This document shows, piece by piece, positions 47,666-56,068 of a stretch of 64,000 nt of DNA. The position numbers and the translations under genes are program-made. Origin of the DNA: a virus; the IMG/VR virus record IMGVR_UViG_3300021962_000054, positions 1 through 64,000 of that record. One strand, written 5' to 3'. Position 1 is the stretch's first letter, and each line of letters starts with the position of its first letter. A model generated the notes under the pieces. It was given only the letters and a program-made list of their open reading frames with translations. It was not told where the DNA came from and made no database searches.

Positions 47666-48154
47666 GTGACTATACTGAATCTTATTGATCCAAAGTTGTT
47701 AGATGCTGAAGTTGAAGATCCACGTTATGTGAATAGTCCTTTTCGCCATCTAAAACAACTAAGTGCCAAACAAAAAGGCAAACGCTATGAACTGATTACT
47801 GAATGCGTAGTCCGTAAATTAGGACATACTGTCAGTAAGCCAACTGATACTGATCATGATCGTATCGTGGATGGTTTGAAAGTCGAGATCAAAGGTAGCA
47901 CTCTAAACAAGAATACAGATCATTTCTCATTCTTGCAGATACGACCCGATCAAGATTATGATAAAATTTATTTCACTATGTTCTATCCCACTGAATTAGT
48001 CATCATGGAGATGACTAAATCAAAGGTTCTTGAAAACATTGCTAATGGCAATTTCAAGAAGCAACATGGTGGCAACAAGGCTGATAGCGGTACATATCTT
48101 TATTATGGTAATCGTGAGAGCCTTGTAAATATAGGAGCGACATTTGTACAATGA
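47666..48154 (+). CDS. Putative restriction endonuclease (PD-(D/E)XK)
   Basis: KGKRYE...D.D.IVDG.KVEIKGS...FLQIR..QDYD; GTG start after aggag. Confidence 0.65.
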   Translation: MTILNLIDPKLLDAEVEDPRYVNSPFRHLKQLSAKQKGKRYELITECVVRKLGHTVSKPTDTDHDRIVDGLKVEIKGSTLNKNTDHFSFLQIRPDQDYDKIYFTMFYPTELVIMEMTKSKVLENIANGNFKKQHGGNKADSGTYLYYGNRESLVNIGATFVQ

Positions 48155-49083
48155 GTGAACCCGCACTAGATCCCAATATCACAACTCAGGAGTTGATGGC
48201 GATAGATTATCGTTACAACTATACTGAGAAAGAACTATTGGCTGATTGGGTAAAACTCAAAAATACAACAGAGTTCAAGAAGGGCAGTCAATTCAAGCCC
48301 GGCATGAAACTCTGTCAACACTTCTTTCCTAACTTTTGGAATATCAAAAGTAGTGGCGGTGTGTCATTTGCTGATTGCTGGCAAGACCATGCTCTAATGG
48401 ATAAAGTACGATTGTGGGGCAAACAAGGCATGAGTCAGTTGTGGCTCTCTTGGGTGCGCCGTGCCGTGTTCATGGCTGGTGGACTACCTAACAGTAGTTT
48501 CTATCGCCCGCACTTTTCAAGACAAGTCATATTGAATACTGGTAAGGATGAAGGCACATTGTTTGATCCTTGCGCGGGTTGGGGCGGTCGTATGTTAGGC
48601 ACTGTTAGTGCTGGCTGGCATTATATTGCTTGCGAGCCAAACGTCGAGACATATAACAATCTCAACATTCTAATTGATTTTCTTGGTATACGTGATAGTG
48701 TTACATTATACAATATACCAGCAGAGACGTTTGACTACAAGAATCATAGTAAGGTAGATGTCGTATTGACAAGTCCACCTTACTTCAATCTTGAGGTTTA
48801 TACTACTGATAGCAATCAAAGTTATCATAAGCATAATACATTTGATATATGGGTAACCAATTGGTTAGAACCATTGATCAATAATTGTGTCGATATGCTC
48901 AAAGATGATGGACTATCAGTATGGAATGTCATGAATTTCAACAATTGTCATCTGGCAAGTAGTGTCATTGACATCCATACAAAGTTGAATTATAGTTGTA
49001 AGTACACATTAGGTTTTCAGAGTCCTATCGCAAACATTAGAACTGTGAAAAATAAAGACCTAACATATGTATTTGCTAAATAA
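48151..49083 (+). CDS. Amino (N4-C/N6-A) DNA methyltransferase
   Basis: FDPCAGWGGR (motif I) and LTSPPYFNLE.Y (motif IV); ATGA overlap with the nuclease gene. Confidence 0.85.
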   Translation: MSEPALDPNITTQELMAIDYRYNYTEKELLADWVKLKNTTEFKKGSQFKPGMKLCQHFFPNFWNIKSSGGVSFADCWQDHALMDKVRLWGKQGMSQLWLSWVRRAVFMAGGLPNSSFYRPHFSRQVILNTGKDEGTLFDPCAGWGGRMLGTVSAGWHYIACEPNVETYNNLNILIDFLGIRDSVTLYNIPAETFDYKNHSKVDVVLTSPPYFNLEVYTTDSNQSYHKHNTFDIWVTNWLEPLINNCVDMLKDDGLSVWNVMNFNNCHLASSVIDIHTKLNYSCKYTLGFQSPIANIRTVKNKDLTYVFAK

Positions 49084-49087
49084 GTTT

Positions 49088-49246
49088 TGTGAGAGTCCGA
49101 GAGCGAAGAGTCTAACCCACTACCTGGCTATCGAGGATGAACCGATCTGTTGTTAGTTCTGTTCCCGCTTATTAGGGTGTGCTGTGGTGGCACTGGAAAC
49201 AACAGAGGGCGATCTGCCCTTCAACGGATATGATAGCACTCTCACA
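49088..49246 (+). ncRNA. Structured ncRNA candidate C
   Basis: tgtgagagt/actctcaca closing stem; gctatc/gatagc; tctgttgtt/aacaacaga; possible ccactac/gtggtgg pseudoknot. Confidence 0.5.
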
Positions 49247-49264
49247 CCTATATAGGAAGTGTTT

Positions 49265-49510
49265 ATGTTTGAGGCTTTTTTAGAATGGTTGAATCCTAAA
49301 GTCGTTAGAGATACTTCTAATGACAGATTAGAAGAACCAGTTCGTATCAAGAAAAAGCCAACAGCAGAAGTTTACAAAGATAAGAAAGGTGAATTTCGCT
49401 GGCGTATAATCTCACATACAGGTGAGATTATAGGTGCAAGTTGTGAAGGTTATTCGTCAAAAGCAAGTTGTCAAAACAATTTGAAAACGATAACTAGTCT
49501 AAAGTTCTAA
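49265..49510 (+). CDS. DUF1508 (YegP-like) domain protein
   Basis: EVYKDKKGEFRWR....GEIIG.S.EGYSSK..C. Confidence 0.8.
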   Translation: MFEAFLEWLNPKVVRDTSNDRLEEPVRIKKKPTAEVYKDKKGEFRWRIISHTGEIIGASCEGYSSKASCQNNLKTITSLKF

Positions 49511-49586
49511 GGGGATGTAGCTCAGTTGGGAGAGCGCCAGCTTTGCAAGCTGGATGTCGTCGGTTCGATCCCGTCCATCTCCACCA
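49511..49586 (+). tRNA. trnA: tRNA-Ala(TGC)
   Basis: G3:U70, TT-TGC-AA, ACCA. Confidence 0.95.
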
Positions 49587-49593
49587 ATTCTAT

Positions 49594-49668
49594 TGCGGGA
49601 TAGAGAAGTAGCAACTCGTCAGGCTCATAACCTGAAGATCGGTGGTGCAAATCCATCTCCCGCTACCA
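49594..49668 (+). tRNA. trnM: tRNA-Met(CAT), initiator-like
   Basis: Unpaired 1:72, GCGGG acceptor, CT-CAT-AA; T-loop variant TGCAAAT. Confidence 0.8.
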
Positions 49669-49673
49669 AATTC

Positions 49674-49763
49674 TGAGTGTGAAAACAATACAAAGGGTGG
49701 TATGTAGTGGGGACTGTCCCCGTGAGGACCGGGATGCCCTACTAGCAACACTAGACACACTCA
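49674..49763 (+). ncRNA. Structured ncRNA candidate D
   Basis: tgagtgtg/cacactca closing stem; agggt/gccct, gggga/tcccc, ctag/ctag internal stems. Confidence 0.35.
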
Positions 49764-49773
49764 TTTTGATTAT

Positions 49774-49851
49774 GTGGAAGTGCCCGAGAGGCCCAAGGGA
49801 AGAGTCTGCAAAACTCTAAAGCCGTCGGTTCGACTCCGACCTTCCACTCCA
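49774..49851 (+). tRNA. trnC: tRNA-Cys(GCA)
   Basis: CT-GCA-AA, U73, CCA. Confidence 0.9.
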
Positions 49852-49856
49852 AACGT

Positions 49857-50005
49857 GCAGTCTAATCAACTGCTAGTCTACCCAGACGATGAGAAACGGA
49901 GTGATGTCCGTAGGGTGGTTCCAGTCTAACCGAACTGGCGCTGGCAATGCGAAAATCCTCTTTGGTCGTGATGCGGTACGAGCGACCGCCGCAGAGAGGA
50001 AGCAA
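49857..50005 (+). ncRNA. Pseudoknotted ncRNA candidate E
   Basis: Twin cagt-ctaa..a-actg hairpins; acgga/tccgt; tcctct/agagga enclosing ggtcg/cgacc with a tgcggt/gccgca pseudoknot. Confidence 0.5.
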
Positions 50006-50013
50006 CTTATTTT

Positions 50014-50100
50014 GGGTGAACGGCGAAGTTGGAGAGTCGCGCCGGACTGTAAATCCGTTGTCTTACGACTGAGTAGGTTCGAATCCTACTTCACCCACCA
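50014..50100 (+). tRNA. trnY: tRNA-Tyr(GTA)
   Basis: CT-GTA-AA, long variable arm, ACCA. Confidence 0.93.
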
Positions 50101-50160
50101 ATGTAATCATTTTGTAACACATTATTTTGTAAATAGTGTTACAAAAAAAACGGAGTATAT

Positions 50161-50532
50161 ATGAGATTTCTAACAAGGAAGTTAGTACAGCCCGGCGATC
50201 TAAACGTAAGAGGCACACTCTTTGGTGGTCGCTTATTGGCTTGGGTTGACGAAGAAGCAGCGATCTTTGCTGGTGTTGAAACTAGACACAATAAGGTGGT
50301 GACTAAAAAGATTTCAGCAATCGATTTTATCGCGCCTGCATTTCAAGGTGACATCGTTGAGATCGGCGTCGCGCTAAAACGTGTAGGCAAGACAAGTGTA
50401 ACTTTAGAAGTGCAGGTACGAAATCTAGTCACGCAAAAGGTTATCGTAAATATAGATGAAATGGTTTTTGTATGTGTCGATGAGAACGGTGTTCCCGTCA
50501 GACATATGTTAGGATTACCTAAGGGACAATAG
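50161..50532 (+). CDS. Acyl-CoA thioesterase (HotDog fold, YciA-like)
   Basis: DLN..GTLFGG.LL.W.DE, IDF..P...GD, VG.TS, VFVCVD..G.P. Confidence 0.88.
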   Translation: MRFLTRKLVQPGDLNVRGTLFGGRLLAWVDEEAAIFAGVETRHNKVVTKKISAIDFIAPAFQGDIVEIGVALKRVGKTSVTLEVQVRNLVTQKVIVNIDEMVFVCVDENGVPVRHMLGLPKGQ

Positions 50533-50598
50533 CTCAGTTGGTAGAGCAAAGTGTTGATAACGCTTAGGTCCATGGTTCGAACCCATGTTGTCCCACCA
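50523..50598 (+). tRNA. trnI: tRNA-Ile(GAT)
   Basis: TT-GAT-AA, ACCA; first 10 nt overlap the thioesterase 3' end. Confidence 0.92.
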
Positions 50599-50605
50599 AT
50601 TTTCT

Positions 50606-50697
50606 GGAGACTTGGCTGAGTGGTCGAAAGCGGCGCCCTGCTAAGGCGTTGTATGGATAACACCGTACCATTGGTTCGAATCCAATAGTCTCCGCCA
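50606..50697 (+). tRNA. trnS: tRNA-Ser(GCT)
   Basis: CT-GCT-AA, long variable arm, GCCA. Confidence 0.93.
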
Positions 50698-50700
50698 GAT

Positions 50701-50874
50701 TTAGACTACGATGTGTAATCGTTCTTCACGTTTGCGCCATGCCTCAAGATTACGTTGTATCTCTTCAGGTGATGTGACAAGCAAACTTGTATCTTTGGGT
50801 TTAGCAAGTTCTTCTTTTGTATATACAGGATCTATGAGAGGTATATACTTGTCTAATAGTTTTCCTACTTCCAT
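50701..50874 (-). CDS. Small hypothetical protein (57 aa, MEVGKLLDKY...)
   Basis: Fills the gap between two tRNAs; minus-strand taaata just upstream. Confidence 0.5.
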   Translation of the reverse strand: MEVGKLLDKYIPLIDPVYTKEELAKPKDTSLLVTSPEEIQRNLEAWRKREERLHIVV

Positions 50875-50887
50875 AAATATATTTATT

Positions 50888-50964
50888 GGTGAGGTAGCTC
50901 AGACGGTTAGAGCGATGGATTCATAACCCATAGGTCGGGAGTTCGATTCTCCCCTTCACCACCA
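50888..50964 (+). tRNA. trnM: tRNA-Met(CAT), elongator
   Basis: TT-CAT-AA, paired 1:72, ACCA. Confidence 0.88.
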
Positions 50965-50973
50965 ATAGTATTC

Positions 50974-51050
50974 GGCTCGGTAGTTCAGTTGGTTAGAATA
51001 TCGGCCTGTCACGCCGAGGGTCACGGGTTCAAGTCCCGTCCGAGTCGCCA
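50974..51050 (+). tRNA. trnD: tRNA-Asp(GTC)
   Basis: CT-GTC-AC, GCCA. Confidence 0.95.
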
Positions 51051-51073
51051 ATTTTAGTTATAAATAATTAGGT

Positions 51074-51754
51074 ATGTCACGCTTGATAACATTAGGTTGC
51101 AGCCTAACTTATGATATAGGAATGAAAGAACGGTTAGCTGAATTGCTAGCATATGACCTCATAAGTCATGCTCAGACTGCCGGCAGTAATGGCTTGCAGA
51201 TAAACAAATTTCATGAATATGTTTTAGAAAACGATGTCGATAAACAAGATTTAGTATTATGGCAAATCACAAGTCCTACTAGGAACCATGTTAGATTGTA
51301 TCCTAATATTGTCAACACAAAGAAAGTAAAAGACATTCAAGAAAAAGATTTTGCACCTAACGATAGATATCATTATATTCAGAATAGTATGAATGTGTTT
51401 GACAATTTGTCAAGGCTTGATATGCTATGCAATAGTCCATATAGTTTGGTTGAATTTGACTCTAACGAACAGTTACAAAACATACTAACTAACATAGTTT
51501 TATGTAGTAAAATATATCCCAAAACTATGATCTTGTTTGGATGGTCTCAGATGTTGAACGATAAAGAAAAAGATATATTTTTTCAATACCTAGATAGACA
51601 TAATGTTCAATACATAAAAGAATTCTATGTAGATTGGATAAAAAATAATAAATTGAAGATGTGGGATGATGACTACCATCCGGCTCCCGAGTCCGGGGCA
51701 ATATTTGCCGAACAAGTCATCATGCCGAAATTACAGGAACTGAGCTGGATATGA
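51074..51754 (+). CDS. SGNH/GDSL-like protein
   Basis: LGCSLT, GSN, C-terminal DDYHP. Confidence 0.6.
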   Translation: MSRLITLGCSLTYDIGMKERLAELLAYDLISHAQTAGSNGLQINKFHEYVLENDVDKQDLVLWQITSPTRNHVRLYPNIVNTKKVKDIQEKDFAPNDRYHYIQNSMNVFDNLSRLDMLCNSPYSLVEFDSNEQLQNILTNIVLCSKIYPKTMILFGWSQMLNDKEKDIFFQYLDRHNVQYIKEFYVDWIKNNKLKMWDDDYHPAPESGAIFAEQVIMPKLQELSWI

Positions 51755-52449
51755 CACTACCTATCGTCGATACAAAAGTTGTAGAAAACTTCTTTACTGA
51801 TGAAGAAGTAGATATGATTTTGCAAGAGTACCATAATGCAAATAGAGTTAGCAGAGAAAATCCATTCTACAGAGATGGCGTATTACAGAATTATACGCAA
51901 GGCATAATTGCTATCGACAACGGACGACAGGTTCATGTCAGGCAATTCGCTAGAACAGCAGAGTTGTTGAAAGCTAGACTGGCTATGCATTTTGGTGACG
52001 ACATCAATATCGGCACTGCGCACGTATTACGTAGCTATCAGCCATATAAATGTCACACAGACGGCGAGGACGGACAAGCAAAAATAGACGCTCAACATTA
52101 CGGAGCGTATACTTTTGTCATACCTTTAGAGACGGTTGATTCATATACGATAGTTTTCAATGAATATTTTGATAAAGGTAAATTATTAGACGAATGGTTC
52201 TTAGAAAACCCTGACATGCCTAAAAAAGATGTCATAACAGATGAAATTTATGAGAAGCACCTCAGCGCAGAATATAGAGAATATATGAGGTATCTTTCAA
52301 TCGATACTATTTTCCCTTGGAAAAGGGGATCATGTCTTGGGATGAGTAGATATAAGTTTCATGGTAGTGATAATTTTCCAACAAGAATGGAAAGTAAATT
52401 AGGAATTATAGTTTGGACTGTCTTCAATCACGGTCCTAAATCAATATAA
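51751..52449 (+). CDS. Putative 2OG-Fe(II) oxygenase
   Basis: VENFFT, HTD, FVIPL, W..GS.....FHGS. Confidence 0.6.
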   Translation: MTLPIVDTKVVENFFTDEEVDMILQEYHNANRVSRENPFYRDGVLQNYTQGIIAIDNGRQVHVRQFARTAELLKARLAMHFGDDINIGTAHVLRSYQPYKCHTDGEDGQAKIDAQHYGAYTFVIPLETVDSYTIVFNEYFDKGKLLDEWFLENPDMPKKDVITDEIYEKHLSAEYREYMRYLSIDTIFPWKRGSCLGMSRYKFHGSDNFPTRMESKLGIIVWTVFNHGPKSI

Positions 52450-52451
52450 TT

Positions 52452-52528
52452 GTGACCGTTGTCAAGTGGCCTAAGACCCCGGGTTGTGATCCCGGTATTC
52501 GTTGGTTCGAATCCAACCGGTCACCCCA
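52452..52528 (+). tRNA. trnH: tRNA-His(GTG)
   Basis: TT-GTG-AT, C73, CCA; the -1 base is T. Confidence 0.9.
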
Positions 52529-52534
52529 TTTTTT

Positions 52535-52629
52535 GCCCCTGTAGTTTAATGGTAGAACACCTGTCTTATACACAGGCTTTGGCGCCAGATTAGCGCACAG
52601 TGTCGGTTCGACTCCGGCCGGGGGTACCA
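52535..52629 (+). tRNA. Atypical tRNA, anticodon TAT (Ile), long variable arm
   Basis: GCCCCTG/CGGGGGT, CCTGT-CT-TAT-AC-ACAGG, 25-nt variable region, GTTCGA, ACCA. Confidence 0.75.
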
Positions 52630-52643
52630 ACAGTAAATAAAAC

Positions 52644-53948
52644 ATGAAGCAAAACATCTATGTTTTACCAAAAGAGTTTACTAACTTAAGTTGGTCGAAA
52701 GATTATTCTTTTGCACACATAGATGATGCATTCAAGTTCGATTCCCCAAATTTTCTTGAAAACACTGTGGGGTTAGAAGAGATATTACAAAATAATAATC
52801 TGTTATGTGAATATAAATTGATAATCATATTTCCTATGCCTTTACAAAGCACGTATCTATTAGATGAAAATTACAAAGATAACAACACTAAATGGTTTAG
52901 TTTATTGGATAGATGTCTGTTACTTTGTAAAAATAGACCGGATACTAGGATAGTGTCTGGTACAGACTGGGATGAACATAATGTAAGCTGTTACGAAAAT
53001 AAAAGTTTGATCAAACTCATAATAGACAAATTTAGATATAACAGAGTTGATTTAGCAAAACTGACGTGGCTGTACAGCAACCCATTCGTTCCGGAATGGT
53101 TAGCGCAAGAAACATCATATGACAAAACAACGGTCAATAGTTTTTACTACAGTAGCTATCTACCACGTTGCAAAGAACTTATACTGTTGTTGGGAGAACC
53201 AGACTATTTTGTAAACAAAACCCATTGGTTTTTGAGTCTCAACAGAAATGTAAGACAGCACAGAACCAATCTAGCATATTGGTGGTACAAGAATAAACGA
53301 AGACCGGCTCATATAAGCTATCGAATGATGTCCGGTTCATATGAGGTAGCAGACAAAGCTCTTATAAAAAAATGGTTCAAAGGCATTAATTTAGGCTTTC
53401 ATGATAATAAAATGAAAGATCCCGAAAACTACTATGCATTTGTAGATTCTTTACCTTGGTGTCTTGACACACCGGATGCTAAAAAAACCCTTGATATCGA
53501 ATATCAAGATTGTCTCTCAAAAAAATTTATTAGTGAATCGGCGTGTTATATTCCTACAGAGACACATTGCACTAATGATTTATACTATAAAGGATTCATA
53601 ACAGAGAAGACATACAAAACATTCGTATTTGGAATGCCGTCAATCTGGATTTCATCAGCACATACTATCGAAGCCTGTAAAAAATTAGGTTTTCGATCTT
53701 TTGGCAAACTAATCAATGAAGAGTATGATAAAGAAGAAAATTTGTCCAAAAGAATGAATATGGTTTTGCGAGAGCTAGATCGAATACAAAAAATAGAAGA
53801 TATCACGTATTGGTATAGAAAGGGCATCGATATCTATAGACATAATTTTACCAAAATAAAAGAATTGACCGAAATAAATTACGTTGACAAAGTGGGAAAT
53901 TATCATGATATCTATGCTGCTAAGTATGGAACTATCTCTAATCTATAG
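52644..53948 (+). CDS. Glycosyltransferase-like protein (GT-B/GT10-like)
   Basis: FLSLNR..R.HR...TET...FITEKTYK...LGF..F...I.E.YD. Confidence 0.5.
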   Translation: MKQNIYVLPKEFTNLSWSKDYSFAHIDDAFKFDSPNFLENTVGLEEILQNNNLLCEYKLIIIFPMPLQSTYLLDENYKDNNTKWFSLLDRCLLLCKNRPDTRIVSGTDWDEHNVSCYENKSLIKLIIDKFRYNRVDLAKLTWLYSNPFVPEWLAQETSYDKTTVNSFYYSSYLPRCKELILLLGEPDYFVNKTHWFLSLNRNVRQHRTNLAYWWYKNKRRPAHISYRMMSGSYEVADKALIKKWFKGINLGFHDNKMKDPENYYAFVDSLPWCLDTPDAKKTLDIEYQDCLSKKFISESACYIPTETHCTNDLYYKGFITEKTYKTFVFGMPSIWISSAHTIEACKKLGFRSFGKLINEEYDKEENLSKRMNMVLRELDRIQKIEDITYWYRKGIDIYRHNFTKIKELTEINYVDKVGNYHDIYAAKYGTISNL

Positions 53949-54034
53949 TATTTTTTCTATGGGTGATATAAATTTGCATTGTTCCGACGAATATATTATA
54001 ATTCAAGATAGTGATTGTACACTTGAGATATTAC

Positions 54035-54110
54035 GGGACCTTAGCTCAGATGGTAGAGCAGTAGACTTTTAATCTATTGGTCGGGAGTTCGATCCTCCCA
54101 GGTCCTACCA
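54035..54110 (+). tRNA. trnK: tRNA-Lys(TTT)
   Basis: CT-TTT-AA, ACCA; TTGCAT-17-TATAAT upstream. Confidence 0.95.
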
Positions 54111-54116
54111 ATTTAT

Positions 54117-54192
54117 GGCCTCGTAGCTCAGGGGATAGAGCAACAGCCTTCTAAGCTGTGGGTCGCAGGTTCGAATCCTGCCGGGGTCGCCA
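54117..54192 (+). tRNA. trnR: tRNA-Arg(TCT)
   Basis: CT-TCT-AA, GCCA. Confidence 0.95.
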
Positions 54193-54205
54193 ATATGAGG
54201 TGTGT

Positions 54206-54823
54206 ATGAAGATAAAAGTTTATAACAAAAATATTATATACGCAGCGTTTACTACGCAAAAGGAACTGACGTTGACTATGTGTAGACCACAAGAGTATTA
54301 TGAGTGTGATAGCATTAAGTTACGCGGTAAAGTATTTTCATACGAAAAACTCGTCGACCACTATACACAAGATGATGGGCACTTGAGTTACTTTAGTATT
54401 TGGTCAGGCTTCAACATACCCAGTTATGTACTAGAAGATTTCTTTAGTAAGTTTGAATTGACCAAACGTGAACAAAAGCTGTATAACGTCACAAGACCTT
54501 ACAGCAATAAACCATATTATTTTATTGCTAGTAAAAAGAATGACACCGATACATTACGTCATGAATTAGTTCATGCGCACTACTATCTCAATCCTGTTTA
54601 TAAACAAGCAGCAAATACATTAGTAAAGCATATGCGACCCGATTTACGTAAAAAGTTAACAGCAGGGTTGAAAGAAAAAGGGTACACTAATAGTGTGATA
54701 GTAGATGAAATAAATGCTTACATGGCAACAAGCGGTACTAAGTATCTCAAGACAGAATTTGATTTAGAAGTGACAAGAAAAGATATAAAGCCATTCGTAG
54801 ATTTGGCTAAAACAGTTTTATGA
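54206..54823 (+). CDS. HExxH-motif hypothetical protein (possible Zn metallopeptidase)
   Basis: HELVH...DEINAY; true ATG follows gagg, since the ORF-track start lies inside the tRNA. Confidence 0.65.
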   Translation: MKIKVYNKNIIYAAFTTQKELTLTMCRPQEYYECDSIKLRGKVFSYEKLVDHYTQDDGHLSYFSIWSGFNIPSYVLEDFFSKFELTKREQKLYNVTRPYSNKPYYFIASKKNDTDTLRHELVHAHYYLNPVYKQAANTLVKHMRPDLRKKLTAGLKEKGYTNSVIVDEINAYMATSGTKYLKTEFDLEVTRKDIKPFVDLAKTVL

Positions 54824-54897
54824 GCGGGATTAGTTTAATGGTAAAACAGCAGATTTCCAATCTTCGGTCGAGAGTTCGATTCTCTCATCCCGCTCCA
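54824..54897 (+). tRNA. trnG: tRNA-Gly(TCC)
   Basis: GCGGG acceptor, TT-TCC-AA, U73. Confidence 0.93.
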
Positions 54898-54917
54898 ATT
54901 ACAAAAGGTAAAGTTAT

Positions 54918-55157
54918 ATGATGGACAGCAAACAATTAGCGTTAGTATATCTCATGGAAGAGGCTAACCGCATGTCTAGTGTATGCACAAAAAATGTGCA
55001 TAGCCTTGATAAACGTAAAGCTAAAAAACAATTAGAAGAGCAACTAGGAAAGTTGTTTTCTGCTATGCGCGAAGTAGGAGAAGAGTTTGATATAGATGAA
55101 GATTCTACTATGGTTCATGCAGAAAAAGAATATCTGCGAAGATTAGAAGAGAAATAA
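54918..55157 (+). CDS. Small helical hypothetical protein
   Basis: LMEEA...LEEQLG, weakly MazG-like. Confidence 0.55.
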   Translation: MMDSKQLALVYLMEEANRMSSVCTKNVHSLDKRKAKKQLEEQLGKLFSAMREVGEEFDIDEDSTMVHAEKEYLRRLEEK

Positions 55158-55159
55158 TA

Positions 55160-55909
55160 TTAGCTGAATTCTAGATCGTCTATGTGCCTGTAATCTTGTA
55201 TGCACTCATTGACACAATCAATAAGTTGATCATGATTACCGATCGCAGTTGAATAGTTGATATTATTTGGTTGTTTTCGATATGTAAATTCTTTTATATG
55301 ATCAGGAATTTCGTCGAAAGATAATTCTATTATGTTTCTATTAGTTGTAGTCAAGAATTTTTTGAGCTTTTCCAATAGTAGTACATCTAACACAGCACGA
55401 CATATTATTGTTTTACAATCATATTTGAATTTATATTCCATATCATTAGCTTTCATCGCATGATAAAACCAGCTGCTTGCTACGTCATAGATATCTCGTT
55501 GTAGATAGTATATTTTATCAAATCGATCAAATGGAATCAATTTACTGATTTCTTGAAAAATAAATTGTTGATCATAGTCGAGTTCATAATCTGCTTTACT
55601 TAGTGGAAATGTTCTAGATAGAGGACCACAAATGAAAGGTTTGTAGTTGTTAGTATAGGTGAGCATTGTTCCCCATAATTTAGCAACAACTGCCTGATGG
55701 CTAAAAATCTCATTGATCTGATCATGCCATTTTTTGATATAAAACTCTTTTCTTGATTTTTTTATAAAAAAGTTGGGATGGATACTACTAGAGCTTTCAT
55801 GGGGAAAGTTTAGTTTTTCGTGATGATTATGGCAATCATATTTTTTTACAAGATATTCATTGAATATGGTCGATCTTGATCTGGGGGTAGAGCAAACTAA
55901 AATTCGCAT
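55160..55909 (-). CDS. Sulfotransferase-like protein
   Basis: MRILVCSTPRSRST, HE, R...D.ASSW; the ORF-track start runs through a tRNA antisense. Confidence 0.6.
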   Translation of the reverse strand: MRILVCSTPRSRSTIFNEYLVKKYDCHNHHEKLNFPHESSSSIHPNFFIKKSRKEFYIKKWHDQINEIFSHQAVVAKLWGTMLTYTNNYKPFICGPLSRTFPLSKADYELDYDQQFIFQEISKLIPFDRFDKIYYLQRDIYDVASSWFYHAMKANDMEYKFKYDCKTIICRAVLDVLLLEKLKKFLTTTNRNIIELSFDEIPDHIKEFTYRKQPNNINYSTAIGNHDQLIDCVNECIQDYRHIDDLEFS

Positions 55910-55939
55910 GATGATATATTTATTTTGGAATAATATTGG

Positions 55940-55967
55940 TTGACAATTTGCGTATAATAAGTATAAT
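55940..55967 (+). promoter_or_regulatory. Sigma70 promoter for tRNA-Leu(TAG)
   Basis: TTGACA-16 nt-TATAAT. Confidence 0.75.
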
Positions 55968-55984
55968 ATATAAACAATATATGA

Positions 55985-56067
55985 GCCCAGGTGGTGGAAT
56001 GGTATACACGGTGGTCTTAGAAGCCACTGCCTTGTGCATGGAGGTTCGAGTCCTCTCCTGGGCACCA
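55985..56067 (+). tRNA. trnL: tRNA-Leu(TAG)
   Basis: CT-TAG-AA, long variable arm, ACCA. Confidence 0.93.
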
Positions 56068-56068
56068 T

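Noticed and set aside
49088-49246. RNase P RNA or tmRNA identity
   Set aside because: Lacks the GAGGAAAGUCC P4 signature and a tRNA-Ala-like end with tag frame; too short
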